64,000 nucleotides of DNA, from assembly GCF_963676685.1 (NCBI RefSeq), contig NC_092346.1, positions 68,510,001-68,574,000 on the forward strand. Direction: 5' to 3'. This document shows, in pieces, positions 37,601 through 48,956 of this stretch. The first letter of the stretch is position 1, and every line of letters begins with the position of its first letter. The DNA comes from Mytilus edulis. Lineage: Eukaryota. Position numbers and translations under genes: made by a program. Under the pieces are notes generated by a model. The model did no database searches and had not been told where the DNA came from. It worked only from the letters and a program-made list of their open reading frames with translations.

Positions 37601-40600
37601 TTTTGTTTAAATCAATCTATCCAAAACTCTACATCGAAGAAATAGATTGAGGACTCATCTTTAAAATTTACGTCATATTTTTACCGGAAGTGTCAACTTT
37701 ATATCTTAGCATTTACAACATGCTAGAATAAGTGGTTTTGGGGATAACTTAAAGCCAAAAGTTTAATGACCAGCACAAAATAAAATCATTTTCTTTACAT
37801 TTTGAAGAAAGTTGAAAATTTGAATAAAAAATTGATATTTCTCTGTCCGCCATTTTGGATACTTCCGGAAGTAAGGGTTTTTAAGACATATGTCTTATAC
37901 ATTGTCTCCATCAGAAGCACCAAAGAAAGGTTCATACACAATGTAATTATAGTAGCAATACGTTAAAACACATTTCAATTACCCTCCCTAAAAAATAAGC
38001 TTATTTAAGTACAATGTCCGCCATATTGGATTTTAACCGGAAGTTGGGTTTCTGAAGACATCTAATCTATTCAATTTATCCAAAAGTAGTAAAACACAAA
38101 GGTCTGTACCAAATATTATGATAGTAGCATGATAATAGGACATTTTTACACGCTAGTCTTCGATATTGGGCTGATTTAAGTATAACGTCCGCCATTTTGG
38201 ATTTTACCGGAAGTGAGACATTTTTTTCAAATGCCTCCCTATCTGAAATAAAAGAGTAATAGTTGAGGAAGGTCTGTGCCAAATTTCATGCTTGTAACAG
38301 GATGTGCACAATTTTTTACAAAGCCGCCGGACTATACTGGGAAGCTTGCGCAGAACCTCATTACATGCTCTGATCATTACTTCTTACAATAAATTAAAAT
38401 ATATTGTTATTAAGCATGATCTATGTCTGAGCAAATGCTTTGAAGTGATGTAGAGAAGCTGTAATAACACCCTTTAGTTATTACAGGCATATTTTTTCTG
38501 TAATAACGCCCTTTAGTTATTACAGGCATATTTTTTCTGTAATAACATAGGTATACTATGCATGATTGGCAAACTATGAACTGTTATATCTTTCTATAGT
38601 TAAGTATACATAAAGACAATAGTAATATCAATAGAACTTGTATAAATTTTAACAAAACTAATGATGTATATTGTTCCTTTGAAACATGTAACATACATAT
38701 GTTATCACAGTTCTTTGATTTTTTTGTCCACAATAACAAGCATATGTTATTTTTCTCTAATAACCCTATAGAGTTATATCTTTGACTGTTAGTGATTACA
38801 ACCGAAATAGATCGTATGCTGTATCAGATCGACCCCCAGCAATCCGATCCTATAATACCTGGTGCCTACGACTCTGTAGATTTTCTAGAACATTGCGGAA
38901 AAAGCCCAACGAAAATCGTTGAAACGGATAATAATGCCGGTTTAATTACGCCAATTTGCGCAAAGGAAATTGCAACTGACTCGAACCACAGGCACTAGAC
39001 GTTCTGTCAATAGTATAAAAATATTGGAAGAAAATAGTGTCCATATATATAATAATTATATATATGGACACTATTTTCTTTCAACATTTTTATACTATTG
39101 ACAGTGGACACTATTTTCTTTCAATATTTTTATACTATTGACAGAACGTCTAGTGCCTGTGCTCGAACATAAAATGCGATTCATATAGAGACAAACTTCT
39201 GGGAGGCATAAACAAAAACGCTGACAACGTAGCTACTAATTTGGCCAAAGCAATAAAACCTGCCTTTCAAATCCCGGTACAGATTAACGGGGTCCAAAAT
39301 GATCCCAAACCAGAAAATGATAACTTTACAGGTGTAAGCCGAAAACGAACGTCCAGATTTTACATCACAAACATTGATCCTTCTTCAAGTAAGGCGGGCC
39401 CATTGAGCTTTGCGAAACATCGTGGAGTTAATATTACGCACGTCATACTGTTCAAACCACGTAAAGGCAGAATTTCTGGTAGAATAAACGTTACAATGGA
39501 ATCTAAACCGTTACTTCAAAACAGTGAGTTTTGGCCCAACAACATAATCTGTCGACCTTGGTATAATAATCGTGCATGGAACGATCGGCTTAACAATGAG
39601 CAATCAACTGAAACACATCACTATCAAGATGGCTCTTAGCTACATTCATGTACATTTTGGATATTTAATAACTACAATCATGCTTTCTCTAGTGACTTGG
39701 AATGTACGCGGTATCATGTCATCAACAGTTTGTCTAACAGAATTTTTTAGGTATACAAATTGTGACATTGCCGTATTATCGGAGCACAAGTTATTTAACC
39801 ACTCTCTAAAATTCCTGAACACATTAGACACTAATTACCACAGTATAGGTATAGCAGATACAAATATTAACATTGAAACCTGTAAATGTGGAAACGGTGG
39901 CGTTGCAATTATGTACAAGAAAACATTGAAATTCAACATAAAAAACCAATTAACTGTCCCGTCTCTGAAAGATTATTAGGAATTGAAATACAGTGTAACG
40001 AAAACTACTCTATATTTGTTTTCTCGGTCTACTTACCCGCAGACAGTAACATGCAAAATTATAAATATGAACTGAACATTGTTGAAGATTATGTCAACAA
40101 CTATGCAAAATTTGGTCCCGTAATTGTAGCTGGTGATTTCAACACTAGTTGCAGAGTAACCGACCTTGAACGAACTAATGTGAACAAATCCATCATTTTT
40201 TCAGATTTCATATTAAGGAATAACATAGTTCCGATTAATGCTAGCAGTCTTTGTGATCCTTCATCATTCACGTTCATTCCGACTCGTACTGTACTGGATT
40301 ATTTCCTTGTCAGCGAGGAATTGGCTAATGACGTAACTTTTTGCGAAAATATTCCTGAAAGAACTATGAGTCTTACTTCAGACCACCTACCTGTTTTCTT
40401 ACAACTGAGTATACCGTGTGTCGCTAATTCGTCGAATGGAGGTAATACTGTTTGGTCGTCGTGGCGCAAAGCATCTGATAGTAGTTTGCATGCCTACAAC
40501 GAACTTACAAATGAAATAGCAGTTGATCTTTTGGATATGCCATTAAGCACATTTCTAGATTTAGATACACTAGATAGCAAACTTACAGATAAACTGAAAG

Positions 40601-43600
40601 AATGTGCAAACATAACAATACCGTCAGGTAGCTTTACTCCCAACACTAAGCCGTACTGGTCAGATCAAGTAAAACAAGCACACAAAGCTGAACGCTTAGC
40701 TTGCAGGACATGGATTAATCATGGTAGACCCCGAGGGAAGTCCTTTCCTTCCTATGTTGAATACAAATCTGCGAAAAACGAATTTCGTAATCATCAACGT
40801 TTTGCATATAACGCCTTTGCTAATACTTACCATGAAATCGAAGAAGCAGCCGAGTGTGATTTTAGACTCTTTTGGTGCTTAATATCCCGTCGAAAATGCC
40901 GCAAAACCAACCAAATTTCAGAAATACTGCATGATAACCTGACTGTAAATCTCCTGAAGATATTTCCAATGCATTTGCTGACTTTTATGCAGGCGTGTAT
41001 ACTCCAACAGAAAATGCTAAATTTGATAGTGATTTCAAGGCCTACGTGACTGAATTTGTAGATCGCACACTCGAGTCATGTGCAAAATATAATGGCCTCC
41101 TCCCAGGAGGGGAAATAAACATAGTTGAAATTGAAACAGCGATTAGAAACCTCAAGCTACAAAAGGCACCAGGCTATGACAAGCTACAAAACGAACATGT
41201 TAGATACAGTGGAAGTAAACTACAAACAGTTATTCTCCGTATTTTAAATGCAGTGATTCGGTTTGGTCGTATTCCCTTGTGTTGGAAGCATGGTTTATTA
41301 ATCCCATTGTAAAAAGATAATGGAAAGTGCAAACTAGCGCCCGAAAACTATCGTCCTATATCGCTATTGTAATACTTTACAAGCTGTTCGAAACTGTATT
41401 AAAGAAGCGACTGTAACCTCTTTGGAGAATGATTTATTCCCAAATTTACAACAACAAGGTTTTCTAAATGGACTAAGCTGTATTACTGCCTCCTTCAACT
41501 TCCAAGAAACTATTTATTACCTCTTAGAATTAGGCTGCAAATTGTTCGTTGTGTTTTTGGACAGTTCCCGTGCATTTGATACAGTGTGGCATAGTGGCCT
41601 AGGGAATTTCTCGCTACATTGAAGACCTGTTGGTACACTTCTGCTGGTTTTTTTTTCTATGGTCGGGTTGTTGTCTCTTTGGCACATTCCCCATTTCTAT
41701 TCTCAATTTTATAATATACAAACTATCCGTCTTGGTATAAATAGTAAAGCAAATATTTCAAATATTCATACAAGTAATCCATCATTTGCTGACGACGTAG
41801 TGTGCATCGGTACCTCACCACAAAGACTCCAAATTTTGTTAAATTGTGCTTACGATTACTCACTTAGATGGAGATTTGAGTTTAATCCGCTAAAATCTGT
41901 CATTTTATGCTACAAAAATGACTTAGAACACGTATTTAATCTTGGAGATAATGATGTTAACATTTTAACTGAGACAAGGCACCTTGGAATATTAAGAACG
42001 GTTGACTTATCGCCAAGCTCAGATATTCAGCTTTCATGTAGGAAGGGCCGAAATGCATATTTTGCTATAGCTATATACTGGAACTTGTTTGCTAAATCCC
42101 TTAACTGTGTGTAGCATCTACAATAAAATCGTAATACCTACGGTACTGTACGGATGTGAGCTTTGGAATGGGTTAAAAATGAAAGACATAACTTCTCTTG
42201 AAACTTTCCAACATTTCATTGTGAAACATATTCAAGGCCTTCCTAGACGAACACGGTCAGCTTTGTGCGAATCGATGATCAACCTCGAGAGACTACCAGT
42301 ACTAGTTGAAAAACGGAAACTGAAGTTCCTATGTAAACTATGTGAAATGAAGGCGGAATCTCTTACAAAACAAATTTTCATCTACAGACTATACCAGTTT
42401 TTCGGAGATACATGTAGAAAACAATATGGATTCATCCCAGATGTGATTAACATTTTATCAAAGTTTTCCCTTTTGAAATATTTGACAAACTATATGTTTA
42501 CAGGCACATTCCCGACCAAGTTTCAGTGGAAAAACATTGTCAGTAGTGCTGTTGACCCAATTGAAAGACTTCAAAAGGAAGAGTGAATGCGCAGGGACAA
42601 CGATTTCGTCAAATTCTTAAGATTATCTGAAAACAATAACTATGATTTCCTGTGGCAATATGCAAAAATTAGTGGCAGACTTTTAACTGCGAAACATATA
42701 GCTAAACTCTGGACTACTCCTCCTACTAGCGGAAATTGCAAACTGTGTGGACACTTTGTTCTAGATATACTGAACCACCAAATATGCATGTGCACAGAAC
42801 TTCAATCACAGAGACTTTCACTTTATAACAGATTAACTGAATTAACTAGTTTCAATTTCATGTACACAACGGTTTCAAAATTGGATGAGCGCTTCTCAGA
42901 TCTTTTGCTTGGCAACCATGAAGATCTCTGTGACATTTTAATACCGGAACATCGTTTGGAAGCCCTTAACGAGGGATTTTCCTTCCTAAAAAATTGTAGA
43001 CTGTAAATACTTTTCCATTCAAAATATTAAGTTATTGACATTTCGAATTATGTGATTTCAAAACTTTTCTGATTGTACATAATATTTGTATTTTGTCTTA
43101 TGTCAATCTCCCATAGGAGGAAATAAAGTATGATGATGATGATGGTCAAAGGCAGTAGAACATCAGTGGCGGATCCAGGGGGGGGGGGGGGGGTTCCGGG
43201 GGTGCGCACCCCCCCTTTATTTTTGCCGATCAATGCATTTGTATCGGGACATATGTTTTGCACCCCCCCTTTGCCCTGGGTGCCCTGGGTTAGCACCCCC
43301 CCTTTCGAAAATTCCTGCATCCGCCCCTGAACATCCATTTAGTTAAATACTGTGGATTCTTTTATTTTCGTTCACTTGGGGATCGTATGGATAGTAAAAA
43401 AGTGATTGCAATCGACTAGCAATGGATTGTTGAGACTTGATATATGTTCATACATTGTAGAAAATTGAAAATAAATGAAAAAAAACCACCAAACAATTTT
43501 TTTTTTTAGTGAGGTCAAAAAAAGGGGGGTCCATGCCCCAAATACCTGTGGTCTAAATGTCTTGAGGAAGGTTCAATTTAAAATTATCCTTTGATAAATA

Positions 43601-46600
43601 CTTATTGATTGGCAACCAAGGGACTCTGATTACTGTTTGGTTCATGAAAGTGAAAGTCTAGGTCAGTTAAATGAATGTATTTATCAAAGTTGTACAAAAT
43701 CGAACATGTTAAATGTTATTTGATTATAGTTGACGCTTGTTTTGTTAATTATAGTAATTTTTTAGTTCGGTTCGATTGGGATATTGCATTCATGCACGAG
43801 TGAACTCAGGTGGTTTAAAGTCATTCGAGCCATTGTACTCAAAGTGTACAGTAGCATTTTGCCAAATAAATAATATTATTAATCATATTATTTATTTTCA
43901 AATTTGTGGACCACAAGTATGGGGAAACCAGTACAAGCTGCTTAAAAGCTATATATATATTTATATGAACTTTCAACAATATTATACTCATATTTATAAT
44001 AAAATGTGTGCTTGTCTCTGCAAGTGGCGTCTCCCATGTAAGAGTTTGTGGTTATTTGATAAATATTTTATGTTCATTTGAGTTTACGAATTAGAATTTA
44101 AGTAATATTAGTGTTCCATGTTTCTTCTGCTAACTAGTGTTAAAAACCTGTTATGTATCCCATTTAGCTGTCTACAATTTGCTTTACCTATGTTTCTTCT
44201 GGATTTTTCATTCTTATATATATGTATTTGTAGGAAAGTGGTCCAACATTTGTTGGTGATGAATGGAGTGAACCCAAGTTAATGGAATATCTTGGTGCTA
44301 CCAAAATGAAAGCTCTTGGAAATAATTTGTAAGTCTTTATTTAAATTGCTAAACTAAGCTGATTATTCTATTTTTGTTCAACTACAAAAAATTCATGGAT
44401 TACAACTTTCATTCACAAGACACTGGTATTATTTTTTTTTGGTACAAAGATATACACATATTGTTTCTTTCACAAAGGAATGAATGCAGCTTATGATGTG
44501 AACTTGTTAGGAGGTCATTATCACCTGACCTTGACTTCTTTCTTAATTATACTCAACTTACTCAAGTGACCATTTTAAGGTTACTTTGATTGGATATATG
44601 TATCTCAATAGATTTATTATGTAACAGACACTACAAGACAATTAAAACAATAGACAATATTTATTAGCACAAACACATTTACACTAAATGGTTATGGCAT
44701 ACAAAATTTAGACAATAAACTGACAATAGTTAAATTGATTAGAATTATAAGTCAATACAATTTGGAAAATTAAATGAAATTCTATTGATGAGTACATGAC
44801 CTTGATAATCTATGACTTTCATCATCTACACTTATTCATGTTAAGTTTTTAATTAGCTTACTTTTTCTTTACTTTACACAGTAAGTGAGTAATATTATTA
44901 GTTACATAGTGTGCTAGTGACCTAATACGGTATATATGGGGTCAGTAAATTCCATATGGGGTGAGAGCGAAGCTCGAATCCCCATATGCAATTTTCTGAC
45001 CCCATATACCGTATTACGTCACTAGCACACTATGTAACAAATTTATCTTACCAACTATCTTAATGTGTGAAATTTAGACTAGTGACCTATCAAAATGAGC
45101 AAGTCTTCTGTACTGTTAGCATTAAAGATTACTTCCATTGATTCTACAAAAACAGATGCCAACAAGAACAACTTGTTAGGTTTAAATATCTTTTATGAAT
45201 TTATTTCCATCGTAATCATCAATTTCTTCGTCTGTTGAAACCTTTTAGATTTTTTCTCAGTGCCCTTTGTTTTTATAAAGGGAGGTAACACCAATACTAA
45301 CCGTGTATGAAATAAGCCCTGCCTCCTTTCTTACCTAATATGGAATATAAAGGGACGTAACTCCACTACTAACTGTGTATGACATAAGCTCCGCCTCCCC
45401 ACTAACCTAATATCAAATATACACGGTTTGCATGCGGACGCTTTTAACCAATCATATTCCTAGAAATGTATAGGAGGTAAGATAATTGTATATGTGCATA
45501 GATTTGTGTAAAGCATACACATATCATGATCCTAACTCTTTTTAATGATACTAAATTTAAACAGTTTGAAAGTTTAGCCAATCAGTAAGACAGCAAGTTA
45601 TCCTGTAAGACCCGATGTTCAGTTGACCTAATTTTAGACTTTGAAGGACAAGTACTTCTCTAGATTTAGAATTAAATTATAAAAGCTCACTTAAATGTTG
45701 AGGTCAGCTATTATAGATGCTATCCAAATGAAATCAGCTTTGATATTAATATAGGGACCATACAGCCTTCAACAGAAATAAAGTAAATCATATAGAATTA
45801 CTAGTTATTGTATGCCGCTACATTGACAACAACACTTAAGTAAACTGCATCTGGTGAAGTTGAAATCATCCCTTCCTAAATTTTACGGACGCCATCACGA
45901 GTTGGTTGACCGTTATGGAATAACCGTTTCACAAATGATATCGGATATGTTCCTTACGTCGTAACTACAATCCCCTTCCCTTTCATGAATATGACCTACC
46001 GAATTAGACTATTTACCGGATTTGTAATGACTTAAGCAACACGACGGGTGCCACATGTGGAGCAGGATCTGCTTACCCTTCCGGAGCACCTGAGATCACC
46101 CCTAGTTTTTGGTGGGGTTCGTGTTGTTTATTCTTTAGTTTTCTATGTTGTGTCGTGTGTACTATTGTTTTTCTGTTTGTCTTTTTAGCTCACCTGGCCC
46201 AAAGGGCCAAGTGAGCTTTTCTCATCACTTGGCGTCCGGCGTCCGTCGTCGTCGTCCGTCGTCGTCGTCCTGCGTCCGGCGTTAACTTTTACAAAAATCT
46301 TCTCCTCTGAAACTACTAGGCCAAATTTAACCAAACTTGGCCACAATCATCATTGGGGTATCTAGTTTAAAAATTGTGTCCAGTGACCCCGCCAACTAAC
46401 CAAGATGGCCGCCATGGCTATAAATAGAACATAGGGGTAAAATGCAGTTTTTGGCTTATAACTCAAAAACCAAAGCATTTAGGGCAAATCTGACATGGGG
46501 TAATATTGTTAATCAGGTTAAGATCTATCTGCCCTGAAATTTTCAGATGAATCTGACATTCCGTTGTTAGGTTGCTGCCCCTGAATTGGTAATTTTAAGG

Positions 46601-48956
46601 AAATTTTGTTGTTTTTGGTTATTATCTTGAATATTATTTCAGATAGAGATAAACTGTAAAAGGCAATAATGTTCAGCAAAGTAAGATCTACAAATAAGTC
46701 AACATGACCAAAATGATCAGTTGACCACTTTAGGAGTTATTGCCCTTTATAGTCAATTTTTAACCATTTTTCGTAAATCTTAGTAATCTTTTAGAAAAAT
46801 CTTCTCCTCTGAAACTGCTGGGCCAAATTATTTGAAACTTGGCCACAATCATCATTGGGGTATCTAGTTTAAAAATTGTGTCCGGTGACCCCGCCAACTA
46901 AGCGAGATGACCGCCATGGCTATAAATAGAACATAGGGGTAAAATGCAGTTTTTGGCTTATAACTCAAAAACCAAAGCATTTAGAGCAAATCTGACATGA
47001 GTAAAATTGTTAATCAGGTGAAGATCTATCTGCCCTGAAATTTTCAGATGAATTGGACAACCTGTTTTTGGGTTGCGGCCCCTGAATTGGTAATTTTAAG
47101 GAAATTTTGCTGTTTTTGGTTATTATATTGAATATTATTATAGATATAGGTAAACTGTAAACAGCAATAATGTTCAGCAAGGTCAGATTTACAAATAAGT
47201 CAGCATGACCAAAATGGTCAGTTGACCTCTTTAGGAGTTATTGCCCTTTAAAGTCAATTTTTAACCATTTTTCGTAAATTTTATATATCTTTTACTAAAA
47301 TCTTCTTCTCTGAAACTGCTGTGCCAAATTGATTCAAACTATGCCACAATCATCTTTGGGGTTTCTTGTTTAAAAAATGTGTCCGGTGACCTGGCCATCA
47401 AACCAAGATGGCTGCCACGGCTAAAAATAGAACATAGGGGTAAAATGCAGTTTTTGGCTTATAACTCAAAAACCAAATAATTTAGAGAAAATCTGACATG
47501 AAGTAAAATTGTTAATCAGGTGAAGATCTATCTGCCCTGAAATTTTCAGATGAATTGGACAACCTGTTTTTGGGTTGCGGCCCCTGAATTGGTAATTTTA
47601 GGGAAATTTTGCTGTTTTTGGTTATTATATTGAATATTATTATAAATATAGGTAAACTGTAAACAGCAATAATGTTCAGCAAAGTAAGATCTACAAATAA
47701 GTCAACATGAACGAAATGGTCAATTGACCCCTGTAGGAGTTATTGACCTTTGTAGTCAATTTTCAATCTGCTTCCTTTGTTTAATATTCACATAGACCAA
47801 GGTGAGCGACACAGGCTCTTTAGAGCCTCTAGTTTATTTTTAGCCATGGCGTTGTCAGTTTGTTTTAGATTTATGAGTTTGACTGTCCCTTTGGTATCTT
47901 TCGTCCCTCTTTTATTGTCGACATGTTTCGCCGTTTAGATCGGCTTCATCAGGACAAAGTATACAAAATTAGAACCCCTGAAGTACAAAAAAATGGTATC
48001 ATGTATGTGACGTCATAATTGTCCATTGTTGATGTTGCTATGGGATACTCTATATCATTATGTAATGTTGAACAGAAAATGAATCAAACATAGTACAATG
48101 CAAATGAAGTTACTAAATTTAGAGTTAATCTATAATTTTTCGAATTGTCTTTAACTTTAAAATGGTTGTAAACTATTATAACGGTATAATTAAGTGTAAA
48201 AAATAAAATGTGTTTTTAAATAGAAATTAAATTTGTGTAACATAAATGTAAGTACAATGTCAGTGTACAGTTTTATAAAGTTTCTTCCTAATTTGGACAA
48301 CACTTATAGGGCACACCCCTACCACTTCGACTGGGTTAAAGACAATTCGAAAAATTATAGATTAACTCTAAATTTAGTAACTTCATTTGCATTGTACTAT
48401 GTTTGATTCATTTTCTGTTCAACATTACATAATGATATAGAGTATCCCATAGCAACGTCAACAATGGACAATTATGACGTCACATACATGATACCATTTT
48501 TTTGTACTTCAGGGGTTCTAATTTTGTATACTTTGTCCTGATGAAGCCGATCTAATCGGCGAAACATGTCGACAATAAAAGATGCAGTTTACTTAAGTGT
48601 TGTTGTCAATGTAGCGGTATTTGATTTTTTTATGTGACAACCCTGCATACCATCTGGTATCCACTTAAGGGAACTCTACCAGCACAAAACATAAGAGGCG
48701 TTGGTTCAGCAGCTCTTTATTAGTTATTGTATGGTATGAAAGTTTGTATAGTGGAATAAAATACTATCTTGTACGGTATTAATACATGTACCTGAAATGA
48801 TCCTGTTTTATTTACAGCACAGAGTGGAGAAGTGAAGATTGTGCAAGAGTAGTGCTTAACAAACTAGAAAAGAAAGGTTACAAGGTAGTGTCTATGACTG
48901 GGGTTGGACAAACCTGTATTTGGACTTTAAACAAACCTGAGGAGAGTACAAGTTAA
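31612..48956 (+). CDS. GCHFR: GTP cyclohydrolase I feedback regulatory protein (89 aa). Exons 31612-31647, 44234-44328, 48818-48956
   Basis: Spliced product is MPYIIISTQIRL|ESGPTFVGDEWSEPKLMEYLGATKMKALGNNF|TEWRSEDCARVVLNKLEKKGYKVVSMTGVGQTCIWTLNKPEESTS. It matches vertebrate GFRP along its whole length (MPYLLISTQIR..GPT.VGD..ALGNNF..SMTGVGQT). AATAAA at 48993. Confidence 0.96.
31756..32884. mobile_element. Academ-type non-autonomous element (TAGTCCAAATA TIR) with a terminal hairpin of about 120 bp
   Basis: TIRs at both ends; the palindrome at about 32753-32876 is homologous to 34077-34196. Confidence 0.65.
34077..34196. mobile_element. 120-bp palindromic Academ-type MITE with 9-bp TSD GGCTCTAGG
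   Basis: Near-perfect hairpin; GGCTCTAGG at 34068-34076 and 34197-34205. Confidence 0.85.
34397..38334. mobile_element. Fold-back Academ (XPG-type) DNA transposon derivative with inverted arms of about 1.4 kb and 3-bp TSD TAC
   Basis: TAGTCCGGCGGCT termini and TAC on both flanks. Decayed transposase motifs HEETDTR, TVDTDV, TGCDTV, KKTAW and C-terminal CKKGC..LPCTALCACGGDC occur in both orientations. Confidence 0.88.
38987..39161. mobile_element. Palindromic MITE (P-element-like CA..TG termini) with 7-bp TSD CTCGAAC, inserted in LINE ORF1
   Basis: TIR CACAGGCACTAGACGTTCTGTCAATAG; CTCGAAC at 38980-38986 and 39162-39168. Confidence 0.87.
41602..41712 (+). repeat. Short interspersed repeat fragment inserted in the LINE RT domain
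   Basis: GGTCGGGTTGTTGTCTCTTTG(G/A)CACATTCCCCATT also occurs at about 49420 and, degenerate, at about 61085. The RT frame WHSGL..YKL resumes after it. Confidence 0.75.
43164..43329. mobile_element. GC-rich hAT-like MITE with 5-bp TSD AACAT
   Basis: CAGTGGCGGATCCAGG / CCTGCATCCGCCCCTG termini; AACAT at 43159-43163 and 43330-43334. Confidence 0.8.
44901..45038. repeat. Hairpin of about 138 bp, part of a larger MITE-like element reaching about 45485
   Basis: GTTACATAGTGTGCTAGTGAC..GTCACTAGCACACTATGTAAC inverted repeat. Confidence 0.8.
45852..47910 (+). mobile_element. 3' fragment of a retroelement (RT C-terminus, probably Penelope-like Naiad type), itself split by a Helentron
   Basis: Encodes VKLKSSLPKFYGRHHELVDRYGITVSQMISDMFLTS*. 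The 3' UTR motif CCGGAGCACCTGA is also inverted at about 54035-54095 and 57810-57870. Confidence 0.6.
46184..47834 (+). mobile_element. Helentron-type non-autonomous element (HINE) with three internal repeats of about 502 bp
   Basis: 5' AGCTCACCT with nearby inverted GTGAGCT, (CGT/CGTC)n microsatellite, units at 46294, 46796 and 47297, 3' AGGTGAGC plus hairpin AGGCTCT-TTT-AGAGCCT, inserted in a T run. Confidence 0.9.
47915..47957 (-). ncRNA. Minimal type I hammerhead ribozyme (Penelope-type), inverted copy
   Basis: Reverse complement reads UUGUC-CUGAUGA-a-GCCG(aucuaaa)CGGC-GAAA-CAUG-UC-GACAA. Confidence 0.75.
48533..48575 (+). ncRNA. Minimal type I hammerhead ribozyme (Penelope-type), sense copy
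   Basis: UUGUC-CUGAUGA-a-GCCGAU(cua)AUCGGC-GAAA-CAUG-UC-GACAA. Palindromic stem III ACAUGU, GUC cleavage site at 48570, one extra A after the core. Confidence 0.78.

Larger units (their letters stand above)
38790..43144 (+). mobile_element. Decayed APE-RT non-LTR retrotransposon (RTE-X-like; clade tentative). ORF1 remnant ends at 39639; ORF2 about 39680-43006 has frameshifts and stops
   Basis: ORF1 tail FWPNNIICRPW; APE motifs TWNVRG, SEH, VYLP, GDFN, LDYF, SDHLP; RT motifs KAPGYD, NYRPISLL, QQGF, AFDTVWH, FADD, VLYGCELW; C-terminal CKLC..H..C; AATAAA at 43122 and an (ATG)5 tail. Confidence 0.92.
45812..48618. mobile_element. Inverted-repeat Penelope-like (pseudo-LTR) relic. Arms are 45812-45851 plus 47911-48155, and 48335-48618; each carries a hammerhead
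   Basis: Near-identical inverted arms of about 285 bp; the left arm is interrupted by nested insertions. Confidence 0.78.

Noticed and set aside
43048-43338. Gly/Pro-rich ORFs on both strands
   Set aside because: They arise from a G/C-run MITE and the LINE (ATG)n tail.
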